Made by a program: the position numbers and the translations under genes | Notes under the pieces: generated by a model | Database searches by the model: none | The model's input: only the letters and a program-made list of their open reading frames with translations | What the model was told of the DNA's origin: nothing | Shown here: positions 21,513 through 23,575 of the stretch, in pieces | Position numbering within the stretch: the stretch's first letter is position 1 | Layout of the letters: the number at the start of each line of letters is the position of its first letter | Assembly (NCBI GenBank): GCA_033442325.1 | Contig: JAWQFM010000002.1 | Span: 2,200,413-2,223,987 of the forward strand | DNA length: 23,575 nucleotides | DNA from: Salpingoeca rosetta | Taxonomy: Eukaryota; Protista; Choanoflagellata | Direction: 5' to 3'

Positions 21513-23381
21513 CGCCTGGTCACCAAAGTAGTCGCGCCGGAACAGGCCACCCCACCACGTCTGGAAGCCCGCATCAACGTTGATGCAGTGGTACTCCAGC
21601 GGATAGCGGAAGGAGTGTACCACCTTGCCCGTGCTGGGGTTAAATCTGCAGCAGACCACGCCACACCCGAGGACACGAGCGTCAGCACAAAGCTCACTGA
21701 CGTTGCGCACATGCAGCCTTGAAGAAACGTCCGCGACTAACACAGCGCTCTCGCTTGACTTGATGACGAATGTACACACTTGTGTACGCGTGGGCATTTG
21801 TGTATGCATCCGCTTGTGCGTGCGTGTATGCATGCATACCTGACGTGTGTGGTTGACCCTTTGAGCAGGAAGTGGGTTGGATGAAAGGCGTCTCCAGAGA
21901 TGGGCAGCAGGGGAATGCTCGTGTCCTGTCAGAGAAACCACACCCATCACGTACATGACGATGGTGACGATGATGATGATGATGGTGATTGTTATTCTTT
22001 CCTTCGCACACGCACACGAGCATGCAGTGTGCATCGTCAACAACGGCAGTCGGACACGTCCGGAAGCACGCACACACGCACACGCACACACACGTACACA
22101 CGTACACACGTACATACATACATACATACACACGCCAACTACCTTGAGGAGCGTGCGAGCGACTTCGATGCCGCTGCGAAAGCCATCTTCGTGGAAGCCG
22201 TAGTGCAGGTACGCACCAGCGTACCACACGCCGCCCTTGCCCTGATGGTGCTCGTGCACACGGCGCTGGCAGCGAAGAGCGTCAACCGTCATCATCGGAT
22301 GCTGCGTGCGCCACTCCATCAACACATCCCGCCGTCGCTGCTTGTGCTCAAGCATGTACGCCGGTGGGTTGAGGGAAATGAACACGTTGTCCGACTTGAT
22401 GTGCTGAAGCGGCTTCACCCAATATGTCAGCAGCGGGCGGTCGCCTGTCTCTTCCCGCTCAATCACGTTCCACGAACTCCACAGCGCGCGATCCCTGTGG
22501 TGTGTGTTGGGTGTGTGTGTGGGTGGGGGGGCTGTGGTATGAGACAAGCTTTGTCGGTGTGCATGGGCGAGCAAGAGACGTTCCATGAACAGCCAGCACA
22601 CACGCACACGAGACATACACAACACATGCACACGCACACGGGCTTGACGGCACCTTGGCATGAGGTCTGGGTTTGTGTGCAAGAGGACTGTGTTTGAGCT
22701 GCACTTGAAGCCGGAGAGCGCATCAACATCGTCCTGTGTCGGTGCCTCCAGTAGCTCCAGCGCCAGGCCCGAGGGGGTGGCGAGCACAACATCATCAAAC
22801 ACGCGCTCCCCTTGCGTTTCCGACGTGACCGCCACGGTGCCGTCTTCCTGGCGCCGCACAGCGTGCACGGGGTTGGCGGTGTGTACCTCCACGCCAAGAT
22901 GCTCAAAGAGATGGCGAAACAGCTTCAGTGTGAGCGTTGTTCGTCCGCGCGGCGTGTACCACTGCGGCGTCGACCACGTGAGGAACCCGTGGTTGCGCAG
23001 AAAGGCGAGGATGGAGTACGCGTCCATGGCCATGGCCTCGGACTTTGGTGCAGACCACACCGCCTCGCAGAACGGCTTGAGCCAGCCCTCCATGAACGCA
23101 GCGCCGTAGCCGTGCTTGGTGCAGAACTCCAGCAGCGAGAGCGCTGGCGCCGTCGCTGCGTCTGCATCCCGGTAGCGCTCGAGGAAGGCGAGCGCATCCG
23201 AGTGGAAGCGCGTCTTGTCCTTGACGAAGGACGGCAACTTGGGGTGCCTGAGTAGCTGCAACTGCTGTGGTAGGGACGACGACAGGCACCATGAGATGGT
23301 GGGGTTGTCGATGGAGAAGCCCATGTCCGTGGCCTGCAGTGGCACATGGTGCTGTTCGTAGAACCTCAGCAAGTTGGGGTA
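21513..23381 (-). CDS. Fusion of COG2907-type FAD-dependent oxidoreductase (UfaD-like) and DUF1365-like domain (UfaO-like); partial at both ends (5' outside window, 3' in gap)
   Basis: Exons 23381-22654, 22494-22143, 21925-21840, 21645-21513 (phases 2,0,2,0; GT-AG). Oxidoreductase motifs: YPNLLRFY..DMGFS, GYGAAFMEGWLKPFCEAVWS, FLRNHGFL..PQWYT, FDDVVLATP, LHTNPDLMPR..LWSSWN, TYWVKPLQ, QGKGGVWYAGAYLHYGFHEDGFRSGIEVA. The frame continues without a stop into LLKGSTTHVRF...HSFRYPLEYHCINVD...LFRRDYFGD, matching the DUF1365 N-terminal pattern (G...H.R....H.F.Y......D). Confidence 0.82.
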
Positions 23382-23575
23382 CTGGCACATACAAGCAGGC
23401 CATCAGACACGTGAGGGACCGCAATCAGGAGAGTTGGGGAAGGGGGAAGATGGCAGACAACGGGTCAGCCAAGGGAGCTGGCAGACACACACGGGAAACG
23501 GAAAACACACTATCGCCGTGTGACACAGGCAGTGGTATAGACAAGCCAGCGGCGACAGATGTTCTCAGAGAGAGA

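Noticed and set aside
19782-21722. Long ORFs (up to 1036 aa) spanning the N gap
   Set aside because: Artefacts of reading through Ns and stop-free dinucleotide repeats.

Overview
Eukaryotic, intron-rich, microsatellite-dense draft-assembly DNA with three N gaps. The (CA/TG)n-filled short introns and poly-Q/low-complexity proteins suggest a choanoflagellate such as Salpingoeca rosetta (inferred, not proven). I reconstructed five spliced protein-coding genes by hand, all on the minus strand. (1) A DHRS4/DHRS2-like short-chain dehydrogenase, 3' end outside the window. (2) A 17-exon, ~1388-aa C2-MUN-C2 protein of the Munc13-4/BAIAP3 type whose C2 domains appear to lack the Ca2+-binding aspartates. 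(3,4) A tandem pair of paralogous Q-rich two-finger (C2H2 + C2HC) transcription factors. (5) A 5'-truncated gene fusing a COG2907-type FAD-dependent oxidoreductase in frame to a DUF1365-like domain, resembling the bacterial furan-fatty-acid enzymes UfaD + UfaO as one intron-containing eukaryotic gene. Also notable: a ~439-codon alternative frame that stays open across all four splice junctions of one zinc-finger gene. Most of the supplied ORF track is microsatellite noise. Exon coordinates are manual predictions without transcript data.
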